Below are positions 47,403-56,127 of a stretch of 62,601 nt of DNA, piece by piece (the first letter of the stretch is position 1; the number at the start of each line of letters is the position of its first letter). The notes below the pieces were generated by a model. The model did no database searches. It saw nothing but the letters and a program-made list of their open reading frames with translations, and was not told the DNA's origin. Both the position numbers and the translations under genes were made by a program. The DNA comes from Alphaproteobacteria bacterium (GTDB lineage: Bacteria; Pseudomonadota; Alphaproteobacteria; JAPULJ01), in the NCBI GenBank assembly GCA_037387885.1, contig JARRKQ010000061.1, forward strand, positions 11,547-74,147, given 5' to 3'.

Positions 47403-49528
47403 CGGCTCCGCCGCTTGCTCCGACCGCGGTTGCGCGGCGGCGTGCGCCCCGATGGCCCGGGCTTGCTCGGCAGCGTGGTGCCATCGCCGTCACCGCCCTC
47501 ATCTCCGGCGCCATCCTCATCACCGTCGGTGACATCCTCGGCGCCGCCGGCCTCGCCATCAGCGCCATCGGCGGAGGCTTTGGCCTTGCCGCCGGCGCTC
47601 TTCGCCGTCGCCGCCGCGACCTTCTTCTTGGGCGGACCGCCGGCCGCCGGTGCTGTCGCCTGGCTGAGCTGGCCGTGGCGCTTCATGATCGTCCATTGCT
47701 GGGCCATCGAGAGCAGGTTGTTCCAGGTCCAGTAGATCACCAGGCCGGCCGCGAAAGGCGCCAGCATGAAGGTGAAAACGATCGGCAGCATCATGAAGAT
47801 GCGCGCCTGCATCGGATCGGGCGGCGCCGGATTGAGGCGCTGCTGCAGCCACATCGATATGCCCATCAGCAGCGGCCAGACACCGATCGAGATGATGCCG
47901 ATGATGCCGGTGTGCGGCGGCTGATAGGGCAGCAGGCCGAACAGGTTGAGGACCGATGTCGGATCGCGGGCGGAGAGATCCTGGATCCACCAGAAGAAGG
48001 GCGCGTGGCGCATCTCGATATTCACCAGCAGCACCTTGTAGAGCGAGAAGAACACCGGGATCTGGATCAGGATCGGCCAACACCCCGCCATGGGGTTCAC
48101 CTTCTCGCGCTTGTAGAGCTCCATCAGCTCACGGTTCTGCAGCTCCTTGTTGTCGCCGAAACGCTCCTTGATCTGCTGCATCTTCGGCGTCAGCGCCTTC
48201 ATCCGGCCCATCGCCTTGTAGGACTTGTTGGCGAGCGGGAAGAAGAGCGCCTTGATCACCACGGTCAGCAGCAGGATGGCGACGCCGAAATTGCCGACGA
48301 CGTGGTTGATCATCACCAGCAGCAGGAAGATCGGCTTGGTCAGGAAGTAGAACCAGCCGAAGTCGATCGAAAGGTCAAACTGGATGATGCCGGGCTTCTC
48401 GGCATAGGCGTCGATGACCTTGAGCTCCTTGGCGCCGGCGAAGATGTAGCTGGTGTATTGCGCCGTGCCGCCATTGCCAGCGACGGCGAATCCCTGGCTG
48501 TGGATGGCGTCGGCCTGATATTTGTCGAGCGCCCCTTCCTTGCGGTGCAGAAAGCCGGTTTTGACCGGAGCGTCCTGGCTCGGGACGATCGCCACCATCC
48601 AGTAGCGGTCGGTGAAGCCGAGCCAGCCGCCGATGCTGTTGTTCTCGATCCGCTTCTTGTCGCGCACATCCTCGTAGCTGACTTCCGACAGCGAGCCGCT
48701 GTCGCTCTTCTGCTTGCGGTAGACGCCGTAGGGCCCTTCGTGCAGCACGTACCAACCGGAGGTCTTCGGCGTGCCCGAGCGCGACACGACCGCGTAGGGG
48801 TGAAGCTTCACAGCGTTGCCGCGCGAATTGGTCACGCGCTGGATAACGGTAATCAGATAGTTCTTGTCGATCTTGTATATGCGCTCGAACTTGAGACCGC
48901 CGCCGTTGTCGTAGGTGAGCGTCACCGGCTGTCCCGGTGCGAGCACCCCGCGATCGGCGGTCCAGACTGTCTTGTCGTTCGGCAGGTCGGACGCTTTCAC
49001 CGCCGCGGCCCCGCCGCTTCCCGGCACCCAGCCATACTCGGCGAAATAGGCGTTCTTGGCGCCGAACGGCTCAAGCAGCTCGACGGGCGGGCTCGTTTTC
49101 GCCAGCTCGGTCCGGTACTTGACTAGGGTCAGATCGTCGAGCTTCGCGCCGGTGAGCGAGATCGAGCCCTGGAGGCTCGGCGTCTCGATGCGCACGCGCT
49201 TGGTGCGCGCCAGGATCTTTTCGCGACTTTCACCCGCGGGCACGGCCGGCGCCGCCCCCGGCACGCTGGGCGCCCGCGCCGTCGAGCCCGCGCCGGGCAC
49301 GCTCGGCTGGGCCGTGCCGCCGGTGGTTCCACCGCTCGTTCCCGCCGCACCCGTCGAGCCCGGCACCTGCGGGGCGCGGCCGGTGGGTGCGCCGGGCACG
49401 GTCTTGCCGGCGGTCTGCTGACCGCCCTGTTGCGGCTTCGGCTTGTTTCCGGGCAACAGGAACTGCGAGACCAGGATGATCGCGACCGAGATCACGATCG
49501 CAAGCAGCAGATTTTTCTGGTCGCCCAT
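47399..49528 (-). CDS. yidC: Membrane protein insertase YidC with long low-complexity N- and C-terminal extensions
   Basis: DQKNLLLAIVIS, IDFGWFYF, GNFGVAILLLT, NPMAGCWP, EMRHAPF, GLVIYWTWNN. Confidence 0.95.
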   Translation of the reverse strand: MGDQKNLLLAIVISVAIILVSQFLLPGNKPKPQQGGQQTAGKTVPGAPTGRAPQVPGSTGAAGTSGGTTGGTAQPSVPGAGSTARAPSVPGAAPAVPAGESREKILARTKRVRIETPSLQGSISLTGAKLDDLTLVKYRTELAKTSPPVELLEPFGAKNAYFAEYGWVPGSGGAAAVKASDLPNDKTVWTADRGVLAPGQPVTLTYDNGGGLKFERIYKIDKNYLITVIQRVTNSRGNAVKLHPYAVVSRSGTPKTSGWYVLHEGPYGVYRKQKSDSGSLSEVSYEDVRDKKRIENNSIGGWLGFTDRYWMVAIVPSQDAPVKTGFLHRKEGALDKYQADAIHSQGFAVAGNGGTAQYTSYIFAGAKELKVIDAYAEKPGIIQFDLSIDFGWFYFLTKPIFLLLVMINHVVGNFGVAILLLTVVIKALFFPLANKSYKAMGRMKALTPKMQQIKERFGDNKELQNRELMELYKREKVNPMAGCWPILIQIPVFFSLYKVLLVNIEMRHAPFFWWIQDLSARDPTSVLNLFGLLPYQPPHTGIIGIISIGVWPLLMGISMWLQQRLNPAPPDPMQARIFMMLPIVFTFMLAPFAAGLVIYWTWNNLLSMAQQWTIMKRHGQLSQATAPAAGGPPKKKVAAATAKSAGGKAKASADGADGEAGGAEDVTDGDEDGAGDEGGDGDGTTLPSKPGPSGRTPPRNRGRSKRRSR

Positions 49529-49830
49529 CAGGCCTGCTCTCCGCTGGTGACGGTCGACCGGCGCCGCTCGCCCGGCTTCGGCACCGGATCATAGCCGTGC
49601 CCGCCCCAGGGATGGCAGCGCGCGATCCGGCGCAGCGCCAGCCAAGCGCCGACAATCGCGCCGTGACGCTGCACCGCCTCGGCGGCGTAGGCCGAGCAGG
49701 TCGGCAGATACCGGCAGGTCGGTGGCATCATCGGCGACAGCACATATTGGTAGATCTTGATGAGCGCGATCAGCACGAAACCGAGCGGCATCAGCACAAG
49801 CCGAAGACCCTGATTCAACCGTGCGCGCAT
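49528..49830 (-). CDS. yidD: Membrane protein insertion efficiency factor YidD
   Basis: [27 protein letters not shown]. Confidence 0.93.
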   Translation of the reverse strand: MRARLNQGLRLVLMPLGFVLIALIKIYQYVLSPMMPPTCRYLPTCSAYAAEAVQRHGAIVGAWLALRRIARCHPWGGHGYDPVPKPGERRRSTVTSGEQA

Positions 49831-49834
49831 CGCC

Positions 49835-50284
49835 TCAATCCCCGGACCTGGTTGTCGCTTTGTCGACCTGGCGCTTGGTCTCGACGCCGCCTTTGACGTC
49901 GCCGTTGACATCGCCCGCGATATCGCTCTTTCGCACACGAAGCCGCGCCAAGGCGGCCCTCAAATCATCCTTCAGCGCGGCGAATTCACGCGTCAGCGTG
50001 GCCCCACGCGCGATCACCACATAGTCGTGCCCCGGCGCTGCCAGCTCCGGCATCACCGCTTGGACTACCGCGCGCAAACGGCGCTTGGCCCGGTTGCGCT
50101 CGACCGCACCGCCGACCTTGCGGCTGGCGGTATAGCCGACGCGAAACGGCGCGTCCTGCGCCGCCGTATCGCCAGGACTGCCGCGCGCCTGCAGCACAAG
50201 GCCGGGCGCCGCCCATTTGCGGCGGCCGCGCGCGACGCGAAGGAACTCCGAACGTCGTGTCAGCCTGCCGATCTCGGCGGGCAT
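49835..50284 (-). CDS. rnpA: Ribonuclease P protein component
   Basis: [40 protein letters not shown]. Confidence 0.94.
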   Translation of the reverse strand: MPAEIGRLTRRSEFLRVARGRRKWAAPGLVLQARGSPGDTAAQDAPFRVGYTASRKVGGAVERNRAKRRLRAVVQAVMPELAAPGHDYVVIARGATLTREFAALKDDLRAALARLRVRKSDIAGDVNGDVKGGVETKRQVDKATTRSGD

Positions 50285-50289
50285 GGCCT

Positions 50290-50424
50290 TCAGGCGGAGA
50301 GGCGCTTGCGACCCTTGGCCCGTCGCCGAGCCAGAACCTTGCGGCCGGCCACGCTGGACATGCGTGCGCGGAAGCCATGGCGGCGCTTGCGTACGAGCAC
50401 GCTTGGCTGAAAGGTGCGTTTCAC
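50290..50424 (-). CDS. rpmH: 50S ribosomal protein L34
   Basis: Manual translation (GTG start): [44 protein letters not shown]; too short for the ORF track. Confidence 0.96.
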   Translation of the reverse strand: MKRTFQPSVLVRKRRHGFRARMSSVAGRKVLARRRAKGRKRLSA

Positions 50425-50790
50425 GGCTGACGTCCCTTGAGGCAAGAAATGATAAGGAAAGCGTGGCCGTGCATATACGGATTGGGCCTTTGGAAGTCAA
50501 TGTAGCGGGCGCATTGAATGCGACCGGCCGGCGCTCGGCCCCGGTCCTTGGAGGCATAGGCCCCGCCCACGCCCCCCTCACACGATGGTGAATGACGGTG
50601 AATGGCGTGACCGCCGCCCATCCTTATTTTAAGGTGCCTCAAGTCAAGGCGAGCGGCCCGCTGCGGCGAGCATCGACATCGCCAAGGTTCGATACGCCCG
50701 GGGGACCGGACGGCTCGGCATAAGCGCCGGCGCCGGTACGGAGAGCGGGCAGGACCGATCGGGGTCAGCACCGATACAGGGACGCGACGC

Positions 50791-51570
50791 ATGCCTGAGC
50801 AAAAGGCGCCGCCTGCCGACGGACCGATCGGCGATCCGGCCCCGGCATCGAAGTTCTCGCTCGCCAAGCTGATCCCGCTCGGCATTTTGCTGGCCGGGCT
50901 GATCGCCTTCTTCGCGACCGGGCTCAACAAATATGTGAGCTTCGCCGAGCTCGCCAAGCACCACACCGCGCTCGCGGCCTGGGTGCAGGACAATTTCCTG
51001 CTGGCCGTGCTGTGCTACGTCGCCGCCTATGCCGTGATGATCGCCTTCTCGCTGCCGGGCGGGGCCGTGGCGACGATCTTCGGCGGCTTCCTCTTCAGCA
51101 CCGTGGTCGACGGAATCCCCGGCACCATCCTCGCCGCCGCGATCGTCGTGATCGGCGCTACGGTCGGCGCCACCGCACTTTTCCTCGCCGCGCGCACCGG
51201 CTTGGGCGAGCCCTTGCGCGCGCGGGCCGGACCGAACCTGAGACGCATGGAGGCGGGCTTTCGCGAGAACGCGATGAGCTATCTCCTGGTGCTGCGCCTG
51301 GTGCCGCTCTTCCCGTTCTGGCTGGTCAATCTGGTGCCCGCCTTCCTGGGCGTGCCGCTCCGGACCTACGTCATCGGCACCTTCTTCGGCATCATGCCGG
51401 GCACCTTCGTCTATGCCAGCGTGGGCAGTGGCCTGGGCGCGATCCTGGAGGCCGGCGAAAGCCCCGATCTCGGCATCATCTTCAAGGGCGAGATCCTGAT
51501 CCCTCTCCTCGGCCTGGCGCTGCTGGCCCTGATCCCGGTGATCTACAAGCGGATCAAGACCAAGCGATAG
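50791..51570 (+). CDS. TVP38/TMEM64 (VTT, DedA superfamily) membrane protein
   Basis: FSLPGGAVAT, ATVGATALFL, LRLVPLFPFWLVN, GIMPGTFVYA. Confidence 0.9.
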   Translation: MPEQKAPPADGPIGDPAPASKFSLAKLIPLGILLAGLIAFFATGLNKYVSFAELAKHHTALAAWVQDNFLLAVLCYVAAYAVMIAFSLPGGAVATIFGGFLFSTVVDGIPGTILAAAIVVIGATVGATALFLAARTGLGEPLRARAGPNLRRMEAGFRENAMSYLLVLRLVPLFPFWLVNLVPAFLGVPLRTYVIGTFFGIMPGTFVYASVGSGLGAILEAGESPDLGIIFKGEILIPLLGLALLALIPVIYKRIKTKR

Positions 51571-51776
51571 CGCCGGTGCGCACCCCCGTGTGACGGCGGC
51601 TCACGCCAATCAACGACGTTTCACGGTTATTTGATCCCAATTGATTCCTTTAGATGGGCCGGGGCCCATAGATTCAAACCCGGACGCGGACGGCGGACTA
51701 GTCGTCGTTTGATTCCAGGCCGGCGGTCCAGACACGCAAGCGAGCGTCGGCGCATCCCATCACCAGGAGGCTTCAT

Positions 51777-52025
51777 ATGCTTAATAAGAAAACCGTCATT
51801 GCCCTTTCCGTCGCCGCCCTCGCCGCCTCGACCGCGGCGCTGCCTGCCGCTGCCGCCGGCACCGACAACCCCGTGCAGATCGCCGGTTGCGGTGCTTGTG
51901 GCGCGAAGAAGGGCTGCGGTGCCTGCGGCGCGAAGAAGGGCTGCGGCGCCTGTGGTGCCAAGAAGGGCTGCGGCGCCTGCGGTGCCAAGAAGGGCTGCGG
52001 TGCGTGTGGCGCGAAGAAGAAATAA
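51777..52025 (+). CDS. Small secreted Cys-rich repeat peptide, signal peptide + (GCGACGAKK)x5
   Basis: AGGAGG RBS; Sec-type signal MLNKKTVIALSVAALAASTAALPAAAA; five 27-bp units (51885-52019) with synonymous variation; downstream terminator. Confidence 0.88.
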   Translation: MLNKKTVIALSVAALAASTAALPAAAAGTDNPVQIAGCGACGAKKGCGACGAKKGCGACGAKKGCGACGAKKGCGACGAKKK

Positions 52026-52082
52026 TCAAACGACGCGTTTAGGGGCGGGCCACCGCCCCATCTAGGGCCCATTTGGGTTAGG

Positions 52083-52122
52083 GCGGCGCATCCGGGAAAA
52101 CCGGGTGCGCCGCTCGCTTTTT
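52083..52122 (+). terminator. Intrinsic terminator-like hairpin after the Cys-rich peptide gene
   Basis: GCGGCGCATCCGG-GAAAA-CCGGGTGCGCCGC (13-bp stem) followed by TCGCTTTTT. Confidence 0.65.
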
Positions 52123-52187
52123 CGGGCCCAGCGCCAAGCGCTGCCATTACCCTTCGCCGGGACCGCAAAAGACACTATATTTCGCCC

Positions 52188-53579
52188 ATGCCGGGCAGAT
52201 CGCTCCTACCGCCCCTGGTGCACAGCCTGTCGGCCAGATTGCTGGTCTTGACGGTGCTCTTCGTCATGCTTGTCGAGGTGTTCGTCTACGCGCCCTCGAT
52301 CGCGCGCTACCGCAAGGTCTATCTCGACGACCGCATCGCCGACGCGCATCTGGCGACGCTGGCGCTGGAGGCCGCCCCCGACTTCATGGTCGGCCAGCAG
52401 CTGCGCCGCCAGCTCCTCGACCATGCCCGCGCCTACGGCATCATCACCATGAAGCCGGGCTCGCGAAAGATCACGCTGCTGCGCGACATGCCGCCCACGG
52501 TCGATTTGAAGATCGATCTGCGCAAGGAGACCTTCTTCGGTCTCATCATGGATGCCTTCGAGACCCTGTGGCAGAGCAGCAACCGGGTCTTGAGCGTGAT
52601 GGGCCCGTCGCCCAAGGACAAGAACACGATGATCGAGGTGGTGCTCGACGAAGAGCCGCTGCGCATGGAGATGCTCGACTACTCGCGGCGCATCCTGCTG
52701 CTGTCGCTGATCATCTCCTTCGTCACCGCGGTTCTGGTCTATCTCAGCCTGCAATGGCTTTTGGTGCGCCCGATGCGCCAGCTGACCGCGAACATGACCG
52801 CCTTTTCCATGGCCCCGGAGGATGCGACCCGCCTGATGTCGCCTTCGGCGCGGAGCGATGAGATCGGCGTGGCCCAGCGCCAGCTCGAATCGATGCAGCG
52901 CGCGCTGCGCGATGCGCTCCGCCAGAAGACGCGGCTGGCCGCACTCGGCACGGCGGTCACCAAGATCAACCACGACTTGCGCAATCTGCTCTCGACGGCG
53001 AGCCTGCTCTCAGAGCGACTGGAGGGCGCCAAGGATCCCAAGGTGCGCGAGGTCGCGCCGCGCCTGGAAAGCGCCCTCGACCGCGCCGTCGTCCTCTGCA
53101 CCGACACGCTCGACTTCGCCAAGTCGGAGGCGATCGAGCCGAAGCCGATGCCGGTCGACCTGCATAGCCTGGTCGAGGACGTCGCCGGCACTTTGCCGGT
53201 GAAGCAGAACGGCGGCGGCTCGACCCTGACCAGCACCGTGCCGCCGAACCTCACGGCGCTCGCCGACCGCACGCATCTTTACCGGGCGCTCTCCAATCTC
53301 GGCGCCAACGCGGTTCAGGCCGGCGCCGCGAATATCACGATCAGCGCCGCGGCGGCGGGCGGCCGTGTCCACATTGACGTCGCCGATGACGGCCCCGGCC
53401 TGCCGCGGAGCGCCCGCGAGCATCTCTTCGCGCCCTTCGAAGGCTCCGGGCGCAGCGGCGGATCGGGGCTCGGCCTCGCCATCGCGCGCGAGCTCACGCA
53501 GGCCCAGGGCGGCGATCTCAGCCTCGTGGAGAGCAGCGACAAGGGCACGACCTTCCGGATCGAGCTGCCCAAAGCTTAG
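52188..53579 (+). CDS. HAMP-domain sensor histidine kinase
   Basis: Two TM segments, HAMP (RSDEIGVA), H-box KINHDLRNLL, N/G boxes LGANAVQAG, DDGPG, GSGLGLAI. Confidence 0.92.
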   Translation: MPGRSLLPPLVHSLSARLLVLTVLFVMLVEVFVYAPSIARYRKVYLDDRIADAHLATLALEAAPDFMVGQQLRRQLLDHARAYGIITMKPGSRKITLLRDMPPTVDLKIDLRKETFFGLIMDAFETLWQSSNRVLSVMGPSPKDKNTMIEVVLDEEPLRMEMLDYSRRILLLSLIISFVTAVLVYLSLQWLLVRPMRQLTANMTAFSMAPEDATRLMSPSARSDEIGVAQRQLESMQRALRDALRQKTRLAALGTAVTKINHDLRNLLSTASLLSERLEGAKDPKVREVAPRLESALDRAVVLCTDTLDFAKSEAIEPKPMPVDLHSLVEDVAGTLPVKQNGGGSTLTSTVPPNLTALADRTHLYRALSNLGANAVQAGAANITISAAAAGGRVHIDVADDGPGLPRSAREHLFAPFEGSGRSGGSGLGLAIARELTQAQGGDLSLVESSDKGTTFRIELPKA

Positions 53580-53709
53580 GCGTTTCGCGCCCTTTCCGCC
53601 CTATCCATAGGCACAATCACGGGCATGGATTGTGCACTGCACCATTCTGGGCTATGCTCCCGCCTCGCCGCCCAACACCGGCGGCCGGGTCAGCCGTGGG
53701 AGGACCGAG

Positions 53710-54567
53710 ATGAGCGCCGAAACCAGGACCAAGCGCGTCACCATTCCAGAAATCCGCGCCCGCAAGGGCGGCGAGCCGATCGTCTGTCTTACCTCGATCT
53801 CGGCGCAGACCTCACAGCTGCTCGACGAGCATGTCGATCTGCTGCTGGTCGGCGATTCGCTGGGCATGGTCTTCTACGGCATGGACAGCACCGTCGGCGT
53901 CACCATGGAGATGATGGTCAGCCACGGCGCCTCGGTCGTGCGCGGCTCCGACACGGCCTGCGTCATCGTCGACATGCCCTTCGGCTCGTACCAGGAATCG
54001 CCGCAGCAGGCCTTCCGCAACGCCGCGCGCATCATGGGCGAGACGCGCTGCCAGGGCGTCAAGCTCGAGGGCGGGGTGGAGATGGCCGAGACGGTCGAGT
54101 TCCTCTCCGAGCGCGGCGTACCGGTGCTCGGCCATATCGGGCTCATGCCGCAATCCGTGAATCGCCTCGGCGGTTTCAAGGCGCAAGGGCGCACGCCCGA
54201 AAGCGCGGCGCAGATCATGGCCGACGCGAAGGCGATCGAGGCCGCCGGCGCCTTCGCCATCGTGGTCGAGGGGGTGATCGAGCCGCTCGGCAAGTCGATC
54301 ACCGACGTGCTCGAAATCCCCACCATCGGCATCGGTGCCTCGCCGCATTGCGACGGCCAGATCCTGGTGACCGAGGACGTGATCGGCCTCTTCTCCGACT
54401 TCACGCCGAAATTCGCCAAGAAGTTCGCGGCCATCGGCGAGGCGATCTCCGAAGCCGCTGCTGAATATGCCGCCGACGTCCGCGCCCGACGCTTCCCCGC
54501 CAAGGAGCATTGCTACGGCATCACCGCCAAGGAGGGCGGCAAGGCGAAGACGCGCGCCGCGGGGTAG
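53710..54567 (+). CDS. panB: 3-methyl-2-oxobutanoate hydroxymethyltransferase
   Basis: [41 protein letters not shown]. Confidence 0.96.
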   Translation: MSAETRTKRVTIPEIRARKGGEPIVCLTSISAQTSQLLDEHVDLLLVGDSLGMVFYGMDSTVGVTMEMMVSHGASVVRGSDTACVIVDMPFGSYQESPQQAFRNAARIMGETRCQGVKLEGGVEMAETVEFLSERGVPVLGHIGLMPQSVNRLGGFKAQGRTPESAAQIMADAKAIEAAGAFAIVVEGVIEPLGKSITDVLEIPTIGIGASPHCDGQILVTEDVIGLFSDFTPKFAKKFAAIGEAISEAAAEYAADVRARRFPAKEHCYGITAKEGGKAKTRAAG

Positions 54568-54727
54568 CGGAATGCGTTCGGCGGAGGCCCCCTCACTCCT
54601 GAAACGCCAGTGGCGTTTCGGCGCTGAAAGCGCATGAGGCATATAAGGTTTCAGCAATAGAACCAGCGTAGCGTGTCGTTAGATACTCCGTCCGCAACGA
54701 GGCGCCGAAGGTGCTTGAGACAACAAG

Positions 54728-55600
54728 ATGCGCATGACAACCAAACCCGCCATCAAAACGGTTCGCACCGTGGCCGACCTGCGCGCCGTCGTCGCGGCCT
54801 GGCGCGACGAGCGGCTGAGCGTCGGCCTGATCCCGACCATGGGCGCGCTGCATGAGGGCCACCTGGCGCTCGCCCGCACCGCCAAGGCGCAGTGCGACCG
54901 CGCCGTCGCCTCGATCTTCGTGAACCCGACCCAGTTCGGGCCATCCGAAGATCTCGACCGCTACCCCCGGCGCGAGGAAGAGGATGCGGCCGCCCTCGCC
55001 GCGCTCGGCGTCGAGCTCATCTTCGCGCCCAGCGTCGAGGAGATGTATCCGGAAGGCTTCGTCACCACGGTCAGCCTCACCGGCCTCGCCGAGCGCCTGG
55101 AGGGCGCGCACCGGCCGGGGCATTTCGCCGGCGTCACCACCGTCGTCTCCAAGCTCCTGATCCAGGCCGGCGCCGACTGCGCCTATTTCGGTGAAAAGGA
55201 CTACCAGCAGCTCCGCGTCGTCACCCGCATGGCGCGCGACCTCGACATCGCGACCACCATCGTCGGTGTGCCGACGGTGCGCGAGCCCGACGGCCTGGCG
55301 CTGTCATCACGCAACGAATATCTGAGCCCCGAGCAACGCGCCGTAGCACCCGCGCTCAACCGCGCGCTGGTCGAAACCGCGGCAGCGGTGGCGGCGGGGG
55401 GCGAGGCCGGCAAGGCCGCATCCGACGCCGAGGCGGCGCTGATCGCGGCCGGCTTCGATGCGGTCGATTATGTCGCCGTTGCCGATGCCGAAACGCTGGA
55501 GCCGATCGAGACCATGGCCGGCCGGCCCGCCCGCGTGCTCGCCGCCGCCTTCCTCGGCAAGACGCGCCTGATCGACAACGTGCCGGTCAAGACCACCTGA
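54728..55600 (+). CDS. panC: Pantoate--beta-alanine ligase
   Basis: PTMGALHEGH, SIFVNPTQF, RPGHFAGV, FGEKDYQQ, GLALSSRN, RLIDN. Confidence 0.96.
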   Translation: MRMTTKPAIKTVRTVADLRAVVAAWRDERLSVGLIPTMGALHEGHLALARTAKAQCDRAVASIFVNPTQFGPSEDLDRYPRREEEDAAALAALGVELIFAPSVEEMYPEGFVTTVSLTGLAERLEGAHRPGHFAGVTTVVSKLLIQAGADCAYFGEKDYQQLRVVTRMARDLDIATTIVGVPTVREPDGLALSSRNEYLSPEQRAVAPALNRALVETAAAVAAGGEAGKAASDAEAALIAAGFDAVDYVAVADAETLEPIETMAGRPARVLAAAFLGKTRLIDNVPVKTT

Positions 55601-55601
55601 T

Positions 55602-55649
55602 TGTGGATATCTAGGGGTTTACGCACAGCTTACCCACTAGATATGGGGT
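55602..55649. promoter_or_regulatory. Pair of NrdR-box-like sites, centres 32 bp apart
   Basis: CCACTAGATATGGGGT (55634-55649) matches 12/16 of the recalled consensus acaCwAtATaTwGtgt; a weaker copy TGTGGATATCTAGGGG lies at 55602-55617. Confidence 0.5.
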
Positions 55650-55659
55650 AAACTAGGCG

Positions 55660-56127
55660 CTACCGAAACAGCGGCAGCGTCTCCGGCCCGGCCTCCACGC
55701 GCAAGTGCCGCACCTCCTCGCCCAGCATCTCTGCGAGCCGTGCCGCCGCCATCGCGCGGTGGCAGCGTTCGTGATCGCGCTCCATGCACATGAGCGCGAC
55801 CGACCCGTCGCGTGCCCGCGCGGCCGCCTCGGCGAGACCGGCCTGCCCCTCGGCGCTGTCGAGCTGATCGGCATAGATGCGCCGAAACTCGTCCAGCCGG
55901 CCCGCCTTGGCGGCCTCACGTCCGGCCTCGGGATTGCCGAGGGCGGGCAGATGCTCGTAGGCGATCCCCGCCGTCGCCAGCGACGCCGATAGGTTGCGCT
56001 TGGCGAATTCGGAACGCCGCGACCACGGCAGCGCACGCACATCGAGCAGCCGGTTGATCGAAGCCGATTTGAGCGTGGCGACGAAGTCGTCGATGCTCGC
56101 CCCCTGATAGCCGATCGTCGCCAGCAT
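55660..56127 (-). CDS. DUF488 family protein
   Basis: LATIGYQG, LLDVRALPWSR, YEHLPALG, ALMCME...CHR. Confidence 0.88.
   Translation of the reverse strand: MLATIGYQGASIDDFVATLKSASINRLLDVRALPWSRRSEFAKRNLSASLATAGIAYEHLPALGNPEAGREAAKAGRLDEFRRIYADQLDSAEGQAGLAEAAARARDGSVALMCMERDHERCHRAMAAARLAEMLGEEVRHLRVEAGPETLPLFR

Noticed and set aside
49835-50581. 248-aa RnpA with an N-terminal extension
   Set aside because: The extension overlaps rpmH in another frame; the real start is 50284.
50425-50790. Replication origin next to rpmH
   Set aside because: No dnaA, no clustered DnaA boxes and no AT-rich unwinding element.
51631-51644. FNR/FixK box TTGAT-CCCA-ATTGA
   Set aside because: The right half matches ATCAA at only 3 of 5 positions.
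51885-52019. Five 27-bp direct repeats as a CRISPR array
   Set aside because: The units are contiguous with no spacers, in frame, and vary only at synonymous positions; no cas genes are present.
52042-52059. GGGGCGG-GCCA-CCGCCCC as another GTAG REP copy
   Set aside because: It lacks the GTAG head and GGGTTT core; more likely part of the 3' UTR structure of the peptide gene.
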